Source of the DNA: the human T2T-CHM13v2.0 reference genome, Homo sapiens
DNA length: 64,000 nt
Assembly: GCF_009914755.1 (NCBI RefSeq)
Contig: NC_060948.1
Reading direction: 5' to 3' (one strand)
The number at the start of each line of letters is the position of its first letter. Positions within the stretch are counted from its first letter, which is position 1. The notes under the pieces were generated by a model that did no database searches, was not told the origin of the DNA, and saw only the letters and a list, made by a program, of their open reading frames with translations. Made by a program: the position numbers and the translations under genes. Below are positions 1-20,122 of the stretch, one piece after another.

Positions 1-464
1 CTATAATATATATTATACATTATATAATATGTATGTTGTCTATTATGTGATATATATAACTATATATATAATTATATTATTATACGTATATCTAGATAAA
101 CATGTAATTCTACATATTTTCATTTATAATATATAGAATTACATAATCATATATAATTATATTCTATAAAAAATTATAACATTATATAAATTATAATATA
201 TAAAAATTCTAATATGTACTACAAATATATATATTATATATCATATATGATATAGTACCTTTGTTATATATCATAATACATATAAATGTGTATTATGTTA
301 TCTATAATTATATAATTTCATATATAAGATGTATAATATTTATTATATATTATAAATGTTATGTAATATATATAGTATATATAAGATGACACAGGATAAA
401 TATTATATACTATGACATATAAAATATATGAGGTTATATGTTACATATAAGGCATAGCACATAA

Positions 465-779
<315 letters not shown>

Positions 780-1350
780 AGATCCATATTTTGTAAATGA
801 AAAAAAATTTCAAAGGTACTCTGCTTGGTACAATAATCAAATGTATAAACTGAGGAATAAAACATAACCATGAAACCTACTTATAACTGCATATGGAAAA
901 TACAGAGGATAATTTTTTAAATAACATATTTTGAAAGCCTTAACTAGTAATTTGAAGAGTTGGCATTTGAAAGGCCAGTATGAATATACCTTCAAAGCAG
1001 CAACACAGGTTCCCCATGAGAAAATGCAAACTCAGGGAAAATAAAACCACAAAGGTTCAATCTCTTCTGACCTTTGAAAGACACAGCACAGACAGTGGTC
1101 CTTAGGACGAAGAGCAGGAGACCCCTAATTCCGTCACCATGGCGATAGGGCATAAACACTGCTGGGTGAGGGCACAATCCACATTGTGAGGTCCAACTGC
1201 TGCCAGGAAGACAGGAGTGCTTTTACATAGACCGAAAGGTCATTGAAGGCTCAGAGTTTTGTTTCAAGAACTGAATCCCAAGCCCACACGTTATTAGGCT
1301 GCGCTTCTTAAAACAAGTTATGAGATGGGAAAAAGGGAACCCACAAACAT
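780..1350. repeat. HSATI-type non-Alu segment of the unit (exemplar U1; follows every Alu)
   Basis: ~570 bp of higher-complexity sequence between the Alu 5' end and the AT block, nearly identical in all units. The name is assigned from the known DYZ2 architecture; boundaries are approximate. Confidence 0.8.
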
Positions 1351-3192
<1,842 letters not shown>

Positions 3193-5297
3193 AGATCCAT
3201 ATTTTGTAAATGAAAAAAAATTTCAAAGGTACTCTGCTTGGTACAATAATCAAATGTATAAACTGAGGAATAAAACATAACCATGAAACCTACTTATAAC
3301 TGCATATGGAAAATACAGAGGATAATTTTTTAAATAACATATTTTGAAAGCCTTAACTAGTAATTTGAAGAGTTGGCATTTGAAAGGCCAGTATGAATAT
3401 ACCTTCAAAGCAGCAACACAGGTTCCCCATGAGAAAAAGCAAACTCAGGGAAAATAAAACCACAAAGGTTCAATCTCTTCTGACCTTTGAAAGACACAGC
3501 ACAGACAGTGGTCCTTAGGACGAAGAGCAGGAGACCCCTAATTCCGTCACCATGACGATAGGGCATAAACACTGCTGGGTGAGGGCACAATCCACATTGT
3601 GAGGTCCAACTGCTGCCAGGAAGACAGGAGTGCTTTTACATAGACCGAAAGGTCATTGAAGGCTCAGAGTTTTGTTTCAAGAACTGAATCCCAAGCCCAC
3701 ACGTTATTAGGCTGCGCTTCTTAAAACAAGTTATGAGATGGGAAAAAGGGCACTAACAAACATACGTATACATTATGTATATAATAATATACAGTATCAT
3801 ATATATAATATATATAACCTATGTATAATATTGTTTTACATCCTGCATCTTATATTATATATATTGTGTAAAATATAATAATTGATAATATATAAGTTTT
3901 ATATTTATACAATATGACATATAGTATATATTATAATTTATGACATATATAATATATGTTATATATCATATATAGAATATATTATACGGTTAATATACGT
4001 ATTAAATATAAATTATACATTATATATATTATATATAATATATCTGCTATATATAATACCCATTATGCATAATATATATATTATGTCTATGTTATGTATA
4101 GTATAAAACAACATATAATAATATATAATTGTATATATAAAATGCGACATATAATATATATTATATTTTATGACATCTGTAATATATATTATATATTATA
4201 TATAATACGTTGTATGTATAATAGCTATATTAAATATATATTATATGACTATGTTATTAATTACATGTCACATATGTTATATATTATATATTATACATAG
4301 AATATACCGGTTATATACAATATATACTATGTTACCTATAATGTATAATTTATTACATGTAAAATAAAGAATGCAATATATTATGTGTAATTTATAATAT
4401 ACAATATGTGGAATGTGATATATATAACATATAATATATGATATATGATATACAGTATATGATATATAACATACAATATATGATACCTAATATATATGGT
4501 ATACAATATATATTTTATGATATGTATTCTAAATGTTTTATATTCTGTTATATATAACTGTTTGAAATTATATATAACTGTATAATATTTTATGTAAATA
4601 TGTAATATAATATATATAACTATATAATATATTATATATAACTATATATTATGTTATATATACTTTTATAACTTTATTTACATAAAATATCATAGTATAA
4701 TATATATTATATTACTTCATATTACATAATATATATTACATATCACCCAATATAAGTAACATACATAATATTATAATATAGATTATATTATGTTATATTA
4801 AATATCATATATATCATGTATCATATATTCTATAATATGTATTATACATTATATAATATGCATGTTGTCTATTATGTGATATATATAACTATATATATAA
4901 TTATATGATTATACATATATCTAGATAAACATGTAATTCTACATGTTTTCATTTATAATATATAGAATTACATAATCATATATAATTATTTATATTCTAT
5001 AAAAAATTATATCATTATATAAATTATAATATATAAAAATTCTAATATGTACTACAAATATATATATTATATATCATATATGATATAGTACCTTTGTTAT
5101 ATATCATAATACATATAAATGTGTATTATGTTATCTATAATTATATAATTTCATATATAAGATGTATAATATTTATTATATATTATAAATGTTATGTAAT
5201 ATATATAGTATATATAAGATGACACAGGATAAATATTATATACTATGACATATAAAATATATGAGGTTATATGTTACATATAAGGCATAGCACATAA

Positions 5298-5612
<315 letters not shown>

Positions 5613-7717
5613 AGATCCATATTTTTTAAATGAAAAAAAATTTCAAAGGTACTCTGCTTGGTACAATAATCAAATGTATAAACTGAGGAATAAAACATAA
5701 ACATGAAACCTACTTATAACTGCATATGGAAAATACAGAGGATAATTTTTTAAATAACATATTTTGAAAGCCTTAACTAGTAATTTGAAGAGTTGGCATT
5801 TGAAAGGCCAGTATGAATATACCTTCAAAGCAGCAACACAGGTTCCCCATGAGAAAAAGCAAACTCAGGGAAAATAAAACCACAAAGGTTCAATCTCTTC
5901 TGACCTTTGAAAGACACAGCACAGACAGTGGTCCTTAGGACGAAGAGCAGGAGACCCCTAATTCCGTCACCATGGCGATAGGGCATAAACACTGCTGGGT
6001 GAGGGCACAATCCACATTGTGAGGTCCAACTGCTGCCAGGAAGACAGGAGTGCTTTTACATAGACCGAAAGGTCATTGAAGGCTCAGAGTTTTGTTTCAA
6101 GAACTGAATCCCAAGCCCACACGTTATTAGGCTGCGCTTCTTAAAACAAGTTATGAGATGGGAAAAATGGCACTAACAAACATACGTATACATTATGTAT
6201 ATAATAATATACAGTATCATATATATAATATATATAACCTATGTATAATATTGTTTTACATCCTGCATCTTATATTATATATATTGTGTAAAATATAATA
6301 ATTGATAATATATAAGTTTTATATTTATACAATATGACATATAGTATATATTATAATTTATGACATATATAATATATGTTATATATCATATATAGAATAT
6401 ATTATACGGTTAATATACGTATTAAATATAAATTATACATTATATATATTATATATAATATATCTGCTATATATAATACCCATTATGCATAATATATATA
6501 TTATGTCTATGTTATGTATAGTATAAAACAACATATAATAATATATAATTGTATATATAAAATGCGACATATAATATATATTATATTTTATGACATCTGT
6601 AATATATATTATATATTATATATAATACGTTGTATGTATAATAGCTATATTAAATATATATTATATGACTATGTTATTAATTACATGTCACATATGTTAT
6701 ATATTATATATTATACATAGAATATACCGGTTATATACAATATATACTATGTTACCTATAATGTATAATTTATTACATGTAAAATAAAGAATGCAATATA
6801 TTATGTGTAATTTATAATATACAATATGTGGAATGTGATATATATAACATATAATATATGATATATGATATACAGTATATGATATATAACATACAATATA
6901 TGATACCTAATATATATGGTATACAATATATATTTTATGATATGTATTCTAAATGTTTTATATTCTGTTATATATAACTGTTTGAAATTATATATAACTG
7001 TATAATATTTTACGTAAATATGTAATATAATATATATAACTATATAATATATTATATATAACTATATATTATGTTATATATACTTTTATAACTTTATTTA
7101 CATAAAATATCATAGTATAATATATATTATATTACTTCATATTACATAATATATATTACATATCACCCAATATAAGTAACATACATAATATTATAATATA
7201 GATTATATTATGTTATATTAAATATCATATATATCATGTATCATATATTCTATAATATGTATTATACATTATATAATATGCATGTTGTCTATTATGTGAT
7301 ATATATAACTATATATATAATTATATGATTATACATATATCTAGATAAACATGTAATTCTACATATTTTCATTTATAATATATAGAATCACATAATCATA
7401 TATAATTATTTATATTCTATAAAAAATTATATCATTATATAAATTATAATATATAAAAATTATAATATGTACTACAAATATATATATTATATATCATATA
7501 TGATATAGTACCTTTGTTATATATCATAATACATATAAATGTGTATTATGTTATCTATAATTATATAATTTCATATATAAGATGTATAATATTTATTATA
7601 TATTATATATGTTATGAAATATATATAGTATATATAAGATGACACAGGATAAATATTATATACTATGACATATAAGATATATGAGGTTATATGTTACATA
7701 TAAGGCATAGCACATAA

Positions 7718-8032
<315 letters not shown>

Positions 8033-10133
8033 AGATCCATATTTTTTAAATGAAAAAAAATTTCAAAGGTACTCTGCTTGGTACAATAATCAAATGTATA
8101 AACTGAGGAATAAAACATAACCATGAAACCTACTTATAACTGCATATGGAAAATACAGAGGATAATTTTTTAAATAATATATTTTGAAAGCCTTAACTAG
8201 TAATTTGAAGAGTTGGCATTTGAAAGGCCAGTATGAATATACCTTCAAAGCAGCAACACAGGTTCCCCATGAGAAAAAGCAAACTCAGGGAAAATAAAAC
8301 CACAAAGGTTCAATCTCTTCTGACCTTTGAAAGACACAGCACAGACAGTGGTCCTTAGGACGAAGAGCAGGAGACCCCTAATTCCGTCACCATGGCGATA
8401 GGGCATAAAAACTGCTGGGTGAGGGCACAATCCACATTGTGAGGTCCAACTGCTGCCAGGAAGACAGGAGTGCTTTTACATAGACCGAAAGGTCATTGAA
8501 GGCTCAGAGTTTTGTTTCAAGAACTGAATCCCAAGCCCACACGTTATTAGGCTGCGCTTCTTAAAACAAGTTATGAGATGGGAAAAAGGGCACCCACAAA
8601 CATACGTATACATTATGTATATAATAATATACAGTATCATATATATAATATATATAACCTATGTATAATATTGTTTTACATCCTGCATCTTATATTATAT
8701 ATATTGTGTAAAATATAATAATTGATAATATATAAGTTTTATATTTATACAATATGACATATAGTATATATTATAATTTATGACATATATAATATATGTT
8801 ATATATCATATATAGAATATATTATACGGTTAATATACGTATTAAATATAAATTATACATTATATATATTATATATAATATATCTGCTATATATAATACC
8901 CATTATGCATAATATATATATTATGTCTATGTTATGTATAGTATAAAACAACATATAATAATATATAATTGTATATATAAAATGCGACATATAATATATA
9001 TTATATTTTATGACATCTGTAATATATATTATATATTATATATAATACGTTGTATGTATAATACCTATATTAAATATATATTATATGACTATGTTATTAA
9101 TTACATGTCACATATGTTATATATTATATATTTTACATAGAATATACCGGTTACATACAATATATACTATGTTACCTATAATGTATAATTTATTACATGT
9201 AAAATAAAGAATGCAATATATTATGTGTAATTTATAATATACAATATGTGGAATGTGATATATATAACATATAATATATGATATATGATATACAGTATAC
9301 GATATATAACATACAATATATGATACCTAATATATATGGTATACAATATATATTTTATGATATGTATTCTATATGTTTTATATTCTGTTATATATAACTA
9401 TTTGAAATTATATATAACTGTATAATATTTTATGTAAATATGTAATATAATATATATAACTATATAATATATTATATATAACTATATATTATGTTATATA
9501 TACTTTCATAACTTTATTTACATAAAATATCATAGTATAATATATATTATATTACTTCATATTACATAATATATATTACATATCACCCAATATAAGTAAC
9601 ATACATAATATTATAATATACATTATATTATGTTATATTAAATATCATATATATCATGTATCATATATTCTATAATATATATAACACATTATATAATATG
9701 CATGTTGTCTATTATGTGATATATATAACTATATATATAATTATATTATTATACATATATCTAGATAAACATGTAATTCTACATATTTTCATTTATAATA
9801 TATAGAATTACATAATCATATATAATTATATTCTATAAAAAATTATATCATTATATAAATTATAATATATAAAAATTATAATATGTACTACAAATATATA
9901 TATTATATATCATATATGATATAGTACCTTTGTTATATATCATAATACATATAAATGTGTATTATGTTATCTATAATTATATAATTTCATATATAAGATG
10001 TATAATATTTATTATATATTATATATGTTATGTAATATATATAGTATATATAAGATGACACAGGATAAATATTATATACTATGACATATAAGATATATGA
10101 GGTTATATGTTACATATAAGGCATAGCACATAA

Positions 10134-10448
<315 letters not shown>

Positions 10449-12553
10449 AGATCCATATTTTTTAAATGAAAAAAAATTTCAAAGGTACTCTGCTTGGTAC
10501 AATAATCAAATGTATAAACTGAGGAATAAAACATAACCATGAAACCTACTTATAACTGCATATGGAAAATACAGAGGATAATTTTTTAAATAATATATTT
10601 TGAAAGCCTTAACTAGTAATTTGAAGAGTTGGCATTTGAAAGGCCAGTATGAATATACCTTCAAAGCAGCAACACAGGTTCCCCATGAGAAAAAGCAAAC
10701 TCAGGGAAAATAAAACCACAAAGGTTCAATCTCTTCTGACCTTTGAAAGACACAGCACAGACAGTGGTCCTTAGGACGAAGAGCAGGAGACCCCTAATTC
10801 CGTCACCATGGCGATAGGGCATAAACACTGCTGGGTGAGGGCACAATCCACATTGTGAGGTCCAACTGCTGCCAGGAAGACAGGAGTGCTTTTACATAGA
10901 CCGAAAGGTCATTGAAGGCTCAGAGTTTTGTTTCAAGAACTGAATCCCAAGCCCACACGTTATTAGGCTGCGCTTCTTAAAACAAGTTATGAGATGGGAA
11001 AAAGGGCACCCACAAACATACGTATACATTATGTATATAATAATATACAGTATCATATATATAATATATATAACCTATGTATAATATTGTTTTACATCCT
11101 GCATCTTATATTATATATATTGTATAAAATATAATAATTGATAATATATAAGTTTTATATATATACAATATGACATATAGTATATATTATAATTTATGAC
11201 ATATATAATATATGTTATATATCATATATTGAATATATTATACGGTTAATATACGTATTAAATATAAATTATACATTATATGTATTATATATAATATATC
11301 TGCTATATATAATACCCATTATGCATAATATATATATTATGTCTATGTTATATATAGTATAAAACAACATATAATAATATATAATTGTATATATAAAATG
11401 TGACATATAATATATATTATATTTTATGACATAGGTAATATATATTATATATTATATATAATACGTTGTATGTATAATACCTATATTAAATATATATTAT
11501 ATGACTATGTTATTAATTACATGTCACATATGTTATATATTATATATTTTACATAGAATATGCCGGTTACATACAATATATACTATGTTACCCATAATGA
11601 ATAATTTATTACATGTAAAATAAAGAATGCAATATATTATGTATAATTTATAATATACAATATGTGGAATGTGATACATATAACATATAATATATGATAT
11701 ATGATATACAGTATATGATATATAACATACAATATATGATACCTAATATATATGGAATATAATTTATATTTTATGATATGTATCCTATATGTTTTATATT
11801 CTGTTATATATAACTATTTGAAATTATATATAACTGTATAATATTTTATGTCAATATGTAATATAATATATACAACTATATAATATATTATATATAACTA
11901 TATATTATGTTATATATACTTTTATAACATAATTTACATAAAATATCATAATAAAATATATGTTATATTATTTCACATTACGTAATGTATATTACATATC
12001 ACCCAATATAAGTAACATACATAATATTATAATATAGATTATATTATGTTATATTAAATCTCATATATATCATGTATCATATATTCTATAATATATATTA
12101 TACATTATATAATATGTATGTTGTCTATTATGTGAGATATATAACTATATATATAATTATATTATTATACATATAACTAGATAAACATATAATTCTACAT
12201 ATTTTCCTTTATAATATATAGAATTATATAATCATATATAATTATTTATATTCTATAAAAAATTATATCATTATATAAATTATAATATATAAAAAGTATA
12301 ATATGTACTACAAATATATATGTTATATATCATATATGATATTGTACCTTTGTTATATATCATAATACATATAAATGTGTATTATGTTATCTATAATTAT
12401 ATAATTTCATTTATAAGATGTATAATATGTATTATATATTATATACGTTATGTAATATATATAGTATATTTAACCTGACACAGGATAAATATTATATACT
12501 ATGACATATAAAATATATGAGGTTATATGTTACATATAAGGCATAGCATATAA

Positions 12554-12869
<316 letters not shown>

Positions 12870-14993
12870 AGATCCATATTTTTTAAATGAAAAAAATTTC
12901 AAAGGTACTCTGCTTGGTACAATAATCAAATGTATAAACTGAGGAATAAAACATAACCATGAAACCTACTTATAACTGCATATGGAAAATACAGAGGATA
13001 ATTTTTTAAATAACATATTTTGAAAGCCTTAACTAGTAATATGAAGAGTTGGCATTTGAAAGGCCAGTATGAATATACCTTCAAAGCAGCAACACAGGTT
13101 CCCCATGAGAAAAAGCAAACTCAGGGAAAATAAAACCACAAAGGTTCAATCTCTTCTGACCTTTGAAAGACACAGCACAGACAGTGGTCCTTAGGACGAA
13201 GAGCAGGAGACCCCTAATTCCGTCACCATGACGATAGGGCATAAACATTGCTGGGTGAGGGCACAATCCACATTGTGAGGTCCAACTGCTGCCAGGAAGA
13301 CAAGAGTGCTTTTACATAGACCTAAAGGTCATTGAAGGCTCAGAGTTTTGTTTCAAGAACTGAATCCCAAGCCCACACGTTATTAGGCTGCGCTTCTTAA
13401 AACAAGTTATGAGATGGGAAAAAGGGCACCCACAAACATACGTATACATTATGTATATAATAATATACAGTATCATATATATAATATATATAACCTATGT
13501 ATAATATTGTTTTACATCCTGCATCTTATATTATATATATTGTATAAAATATAATAATTGATAATATATGTTTTATATTTTTACAATATGACATATAGTA
13601 TATATTATAATTTATGACATATATAATATATGTTATATATCATATATAGAATATATTATACGGTTAATATACGTAATAAATATAAATTATACATTATATA
13701 TATTATATATAATATATCTGCTATATATAATACCCATTATGCATAATATATATATTATGTCTATGTTATATATAGTATAAAACAACATATAATAATATAT
13801 AATTGTATATATAAAATACGACATATAATATATATTATATTTTATGACATATGTAATATATATTATATATTATATGTAATACGTTGTATGTATAATACTT
13901 ATATTAAATATATATTATATGACTATGTTATTAATTACATGTCACAGGTGTTATATATTATTTATTTTACACAGAATATACCGGTTACATACAATATATA
14001 CTATGTTACCTACAATGTATAATTTATTACATGTAAAATAAAGAATGCAATATATTATGTATAATTTATAATATACAATATGTGGATTGTGATATATATA
14101 ACATATAATTTATGATATAGGATATACAGTATATGGTATATAACATACAATATATGATACCTAATATATATGGTATACAATATATATTTTATGATATGTA
14201 TTCCCTATGTTTTATATTCTGTTATATATAACTATTTGAAATTATATATAACTGTATAATATTTTATGTAAATATGTAATATAATATATATAAAAATATA
14301 ATATATTATATATAACTATATATTATGTTATATATACTTTTATAACATAATTTACATTAAATATCATAATATAATATATATTATATTATTTCATATTACA
14401 TAATATATATTACATATCACCCAATATAAGTAACATACATAATATTATAATATAGATTATATTATGTTATATTAAATATCATATATATCATGTATCATAT
14501 ATTCTATTATATATATTATACATTATATAATATGTATGTTGTCTATTATGTGATATATATAACTATATATATAATTATATTATTATACATATAACTAGAT
14601 AAACATGTAATTCTACATATTTTCATTTACAATATATATAATTATATAATCATATATAATTATTTATATTCTATAAAAAATTATATCATCATATAAATTA
14701 TAATATATAAAAATTATAATATGTACTACAAATATATATATTATATATCATATATGATATAGTACCTTGTTATATATCATAATACATATAAATGTGTATT
14801 ATGTTATCTATAATTATATAATTTCACATATAAGATGTATAATATGTATTATATATTATATATGTTATGTAATATATATAGTATATATAAGATGACACAG
14901 GATAAATATTATATACTATGACATATAAAATATATGAGGTTATATGTTACATATAAGGCATAGCACATAACATGTAATATATATCATATATAA

Positions 14994-15285
<292 letters not shown>

Positions 15286-17413
15286 AGATCCATATTTTTT
15301 AAATGAAAAAAAATTTCAAAGGTACTCTGCTTGGTACAATAATCAAATGTATAAACTGAGGAATAAAACATAACCATGAAACCTACTTATAACTGCATAG
15401 GGAAAATACAGAGGATAATTTTTTAAATAACATAGTTTGAAAGCCTTAACTAGTAATTTGAAGAGTTGGCATTTGAAAGGCCAGTATGAATATACCTTCA
15501 AAGCAGCAACACAGGTTCCCCATGAGAAAAAGCAAACTCAGGGAAAATAAAACCACAAAGGTTCAATCTCTTCTGACCTTTGAAAGACACAGCACAGACA
15601 GTGGTCCTTAGGACGAAGAGCAGGAGACCCCTAATTCCGTCACCATGGCGATAGGGCATAAACATTGCTGGGTGAGGGCACAATCCACATTGTGAGGTCC
15701 AACTGCTGCCAGGAAGACAGGAGTGCTTTTACATAGACCGAAAGGTCATTGAAGGCTCAGAGTTTTGTTTCAAGAACTGAATCCCAAGCCCACGCGTTAT
15801 TAGGCTGCGCTTCTTAAAACAAGTTATGAGATGGGAAAAAGGGCACCCACAAAAATACGTATACATTATGTATATAATAATATACAGTATCATATATATA
15901 ATATATATAACCCATGTATAATATTGTTTTACATCCTGCATCTTATATTATATATATTGTATAAAATATAATAATTGATAATATATAAGTTTTATATTTA
16001 TACAATATGACATATAGTATATATTATAATTTATGACATATATAATATATGTTATATATCATATATAGAATATATTATACGGTTAATATACGTATTAAAT
16101 ATAAATTATACATTATATATATTATATATAATATATCTGCTATATATAATACCCATTATGCATAATATATATATTATGTCTATGTTATATATAGTATAAA
16201 ACAAAATATAATAATATATAATTGTATATATAAAATGCGACATATAATATATATTATATTTTATGACATATGTAATATATATCATATATTATATATAATA
16301 CGTTGTATGTATAATACCTATAATAAATATATATTATATGACTATGTTATTAATTACATGTCACATGTGTTATATATTATTTATTTTACACAGAATATAC
16401 CGGTTACATACAATATATACTATGTTACCTACAATGTATAATTTATTACATGTAAAATAAAGAATGCAATATATTATGTATAATTTATAATATACAATAT
16501 GTGGAATGTGATATATATAACATATAATATATGATATAGGATATACAGTATATGGTATATAACATACAATATATGATACCTAATATATATGGTATACAAT
16601 ATATATTTTATGATATGTATTCCCTATGTTTTATATTCTGTTATATATAACTATTTGAAATTATATATAACTGTATAATATTTTATGTAAATATGTAATA
16701 TAATATATATAAAAATATAATATATTATATATAACTATATATTATGTTATATATACTTTTATAACATAATTTACATAAAATATCATAATATAATATATAT
16801 TATATTATTTCATATTACATAATATATATTACATATCACCCAATATAAGTAACATACATAATATTATAATATAGATTATATTATGTTATATTAAATATCA
16901 TATATATCATGTATCATATATTCTATAATATATATTATACATTATATAATATGTATGTTGTCTATTATGTGATATATATAACTATATATATAATTATATT
17001 ATTATACATATAACTAGATAAACATGTAATTCTACATATTTTCATTTATAATATATAGAATTATATAATCATATATAATTATTTATATTCTATAAAAAAT
17101 TATATCATCATATAAATTATAATATATAAAAATTATAATATGTACTACAAATATATATATTATATATCATATATGATATAGTACCTTTGTTATATATCAT
17201 AATACATATAAATGTGTATTATGTTATCTATAATTATATAATTTTATATATAAGATGTATAATATGTATTATATATTATATATGTTATGTAATATATATA
17301 GTATATATAAGACGACACAGGATAAATATTATATACTATGACATATAAAATATATGAGGTTATATGTTACATATAAGGCATAGCACATAACATGTAATAT
17401 ATATCATATATAA

Positions 17414-17705
<292 letters not shown>

Positions 17706-19808
17706 AGATCCATATTTTTTAAATGAAAAAAAATTTCAAAGGTACTCTGCTTGGTACAATAATCAAATGTATAAACTGAGGAATAAAACATAACCATGAA
17801 ACCTACTGATAACTGCATATGGAAAATACAGAGGATAATTTTTTAAATAACATATTTTGAAAGCCTTAACTAGTAATTTGAAGAGTTGGCATTTGAAATG
17901 CCAGTATGAATATACCTTCAAAGCAGCAACACAGGTTCCCCATGAGAAAAAGCAAACTCAGGGAAAATAAAACCACAAAGGTTCAATCTCTTCTGACCTT
18001 TGAAAGACACAGCACAGACAGTGGTCCTTAGGATGAAGAGCAGGAGACCCCTAATTCCGTCACCATGGCGATAGGGCATAAACATTGCTGGGTGAGGGCA
18101 CAGTCCACATTGTGAGGTCCAACTGCTGCCAGGAAGACAGGAATGCTTTTACATAGACCGAAAGGTCATTGAAGGCTCAGAGTTTTCTTTCAAGAACTGA
18201 ATCCCAAGCCCACACGTTATTAGGCTGCGCTTCTTAAAACAAGTTATGAGATGGGAAAAAGGGCACCCACAAACATACGTATACATTATGTATATAATAA
18301 TATACAGTATCATATATGTAATATATATAACCTATGTATAATATTGTTTTACATCCTGCATCTTATGTTCTATATATTGTATAAAATATAATAATTGATA
18401 ATATATAAGTTTTATATTTATACAATATGACATATAGTATATATTATAATTTATGACATATATAATATAAGCTATATATCATATATAGAATATATTATAT
18501 GGTTAATATACGTATTAAATATAAATTATACATTATATATATTATATATAATATATCTGTTATATATAATACCCATTATGCATAATATATATATTATGTC
18601 TATGTTATATATAGTATAAAACAACATATAATAATATATAATTGTATATATAAAATGCGACATATAATATATATTATATATTATAACTTATGTAATATAT
18701 ATTATATATTATATATAATACGTTGTATGTATAATACCCATATTAAATATATATTATATGACTATGTTATTAATTACATATCACATGAGTTATATATTAT
18801 ATATTTTACATAGAATATACCGGTTACATACAATATATACTATGTTACCTACAATGTATAATTTATTACATGTAAAATAAAGAATGCAGTATATTATGTA
18901 TAATTTATAATATACAATATGTGGAATGTGATATATATAACATATAATATATGATATATGATATACAGTATATGATATATAACATACAATATGTGATTCT
19001 TAATATATATGGTATACAATATATATTTTATGATATGTATTCTATATGTTTTATATTCTGTTATATATAACTATTTGAAATTATATATAACTGTATAATA
19101 TTTTATGTAAATATGTAATATAATATATATAACTATATAATATATTATATATAACTATATATTATGTTATATATACTTTTATAACATAATTTACATAAAA
19201 TATCATAATATAATGTATAATATATTATTTCATATTACATAATATATATTACATAGTACCCAATATAAGTAACATACGTAATATTATAATATAGATTATA
19301 TTATGTTATATTAAATATCATATATATCATGTATCATATATTCTATAATATATATTACACATTATATAATATGTATGTTGTCTATTATGTGATATATATA
19401 ACTATATATATAATTATATTATTTTACATATAACTAGATAAACATGTAATTCTACATATTTTCATTTATAATATATAGAATTATATAATCATATATAATT
19501 ATTTATATTCTATAAAAAATTATGTCATTATATAAATTATAATATATAAAAATTATAATATGTACTACAAATATATATATTATATATCATATATGATATA
19601 GTACCTTTGTTATATATCATAATACATATAAATGTGTATTGTTATCTATAATTATATAATTTCATATATAAGATGTATAATATGTATCATATATTATATA
19701 AGTTATGTAATATATATAGTATATATAAGATGACACAGGGTAAATATTTTAAACTATGACATATAAAATATATGAGGTTATATGTTACATATAAGGCATA
19801 GCACATAA

Positions 19809-20122
<314 letters not shown>

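Noticed and set aside
992-1177. Recurrent 61-aa minus-strand ORF (MCPHPA...) in most units
   Set aside because: It starts at TTG, has no recognisable domain, and recurs only because the DNA is repeated. It loses its start and gains no compensation in U8/U25 and is frameshifted near its start in U24.
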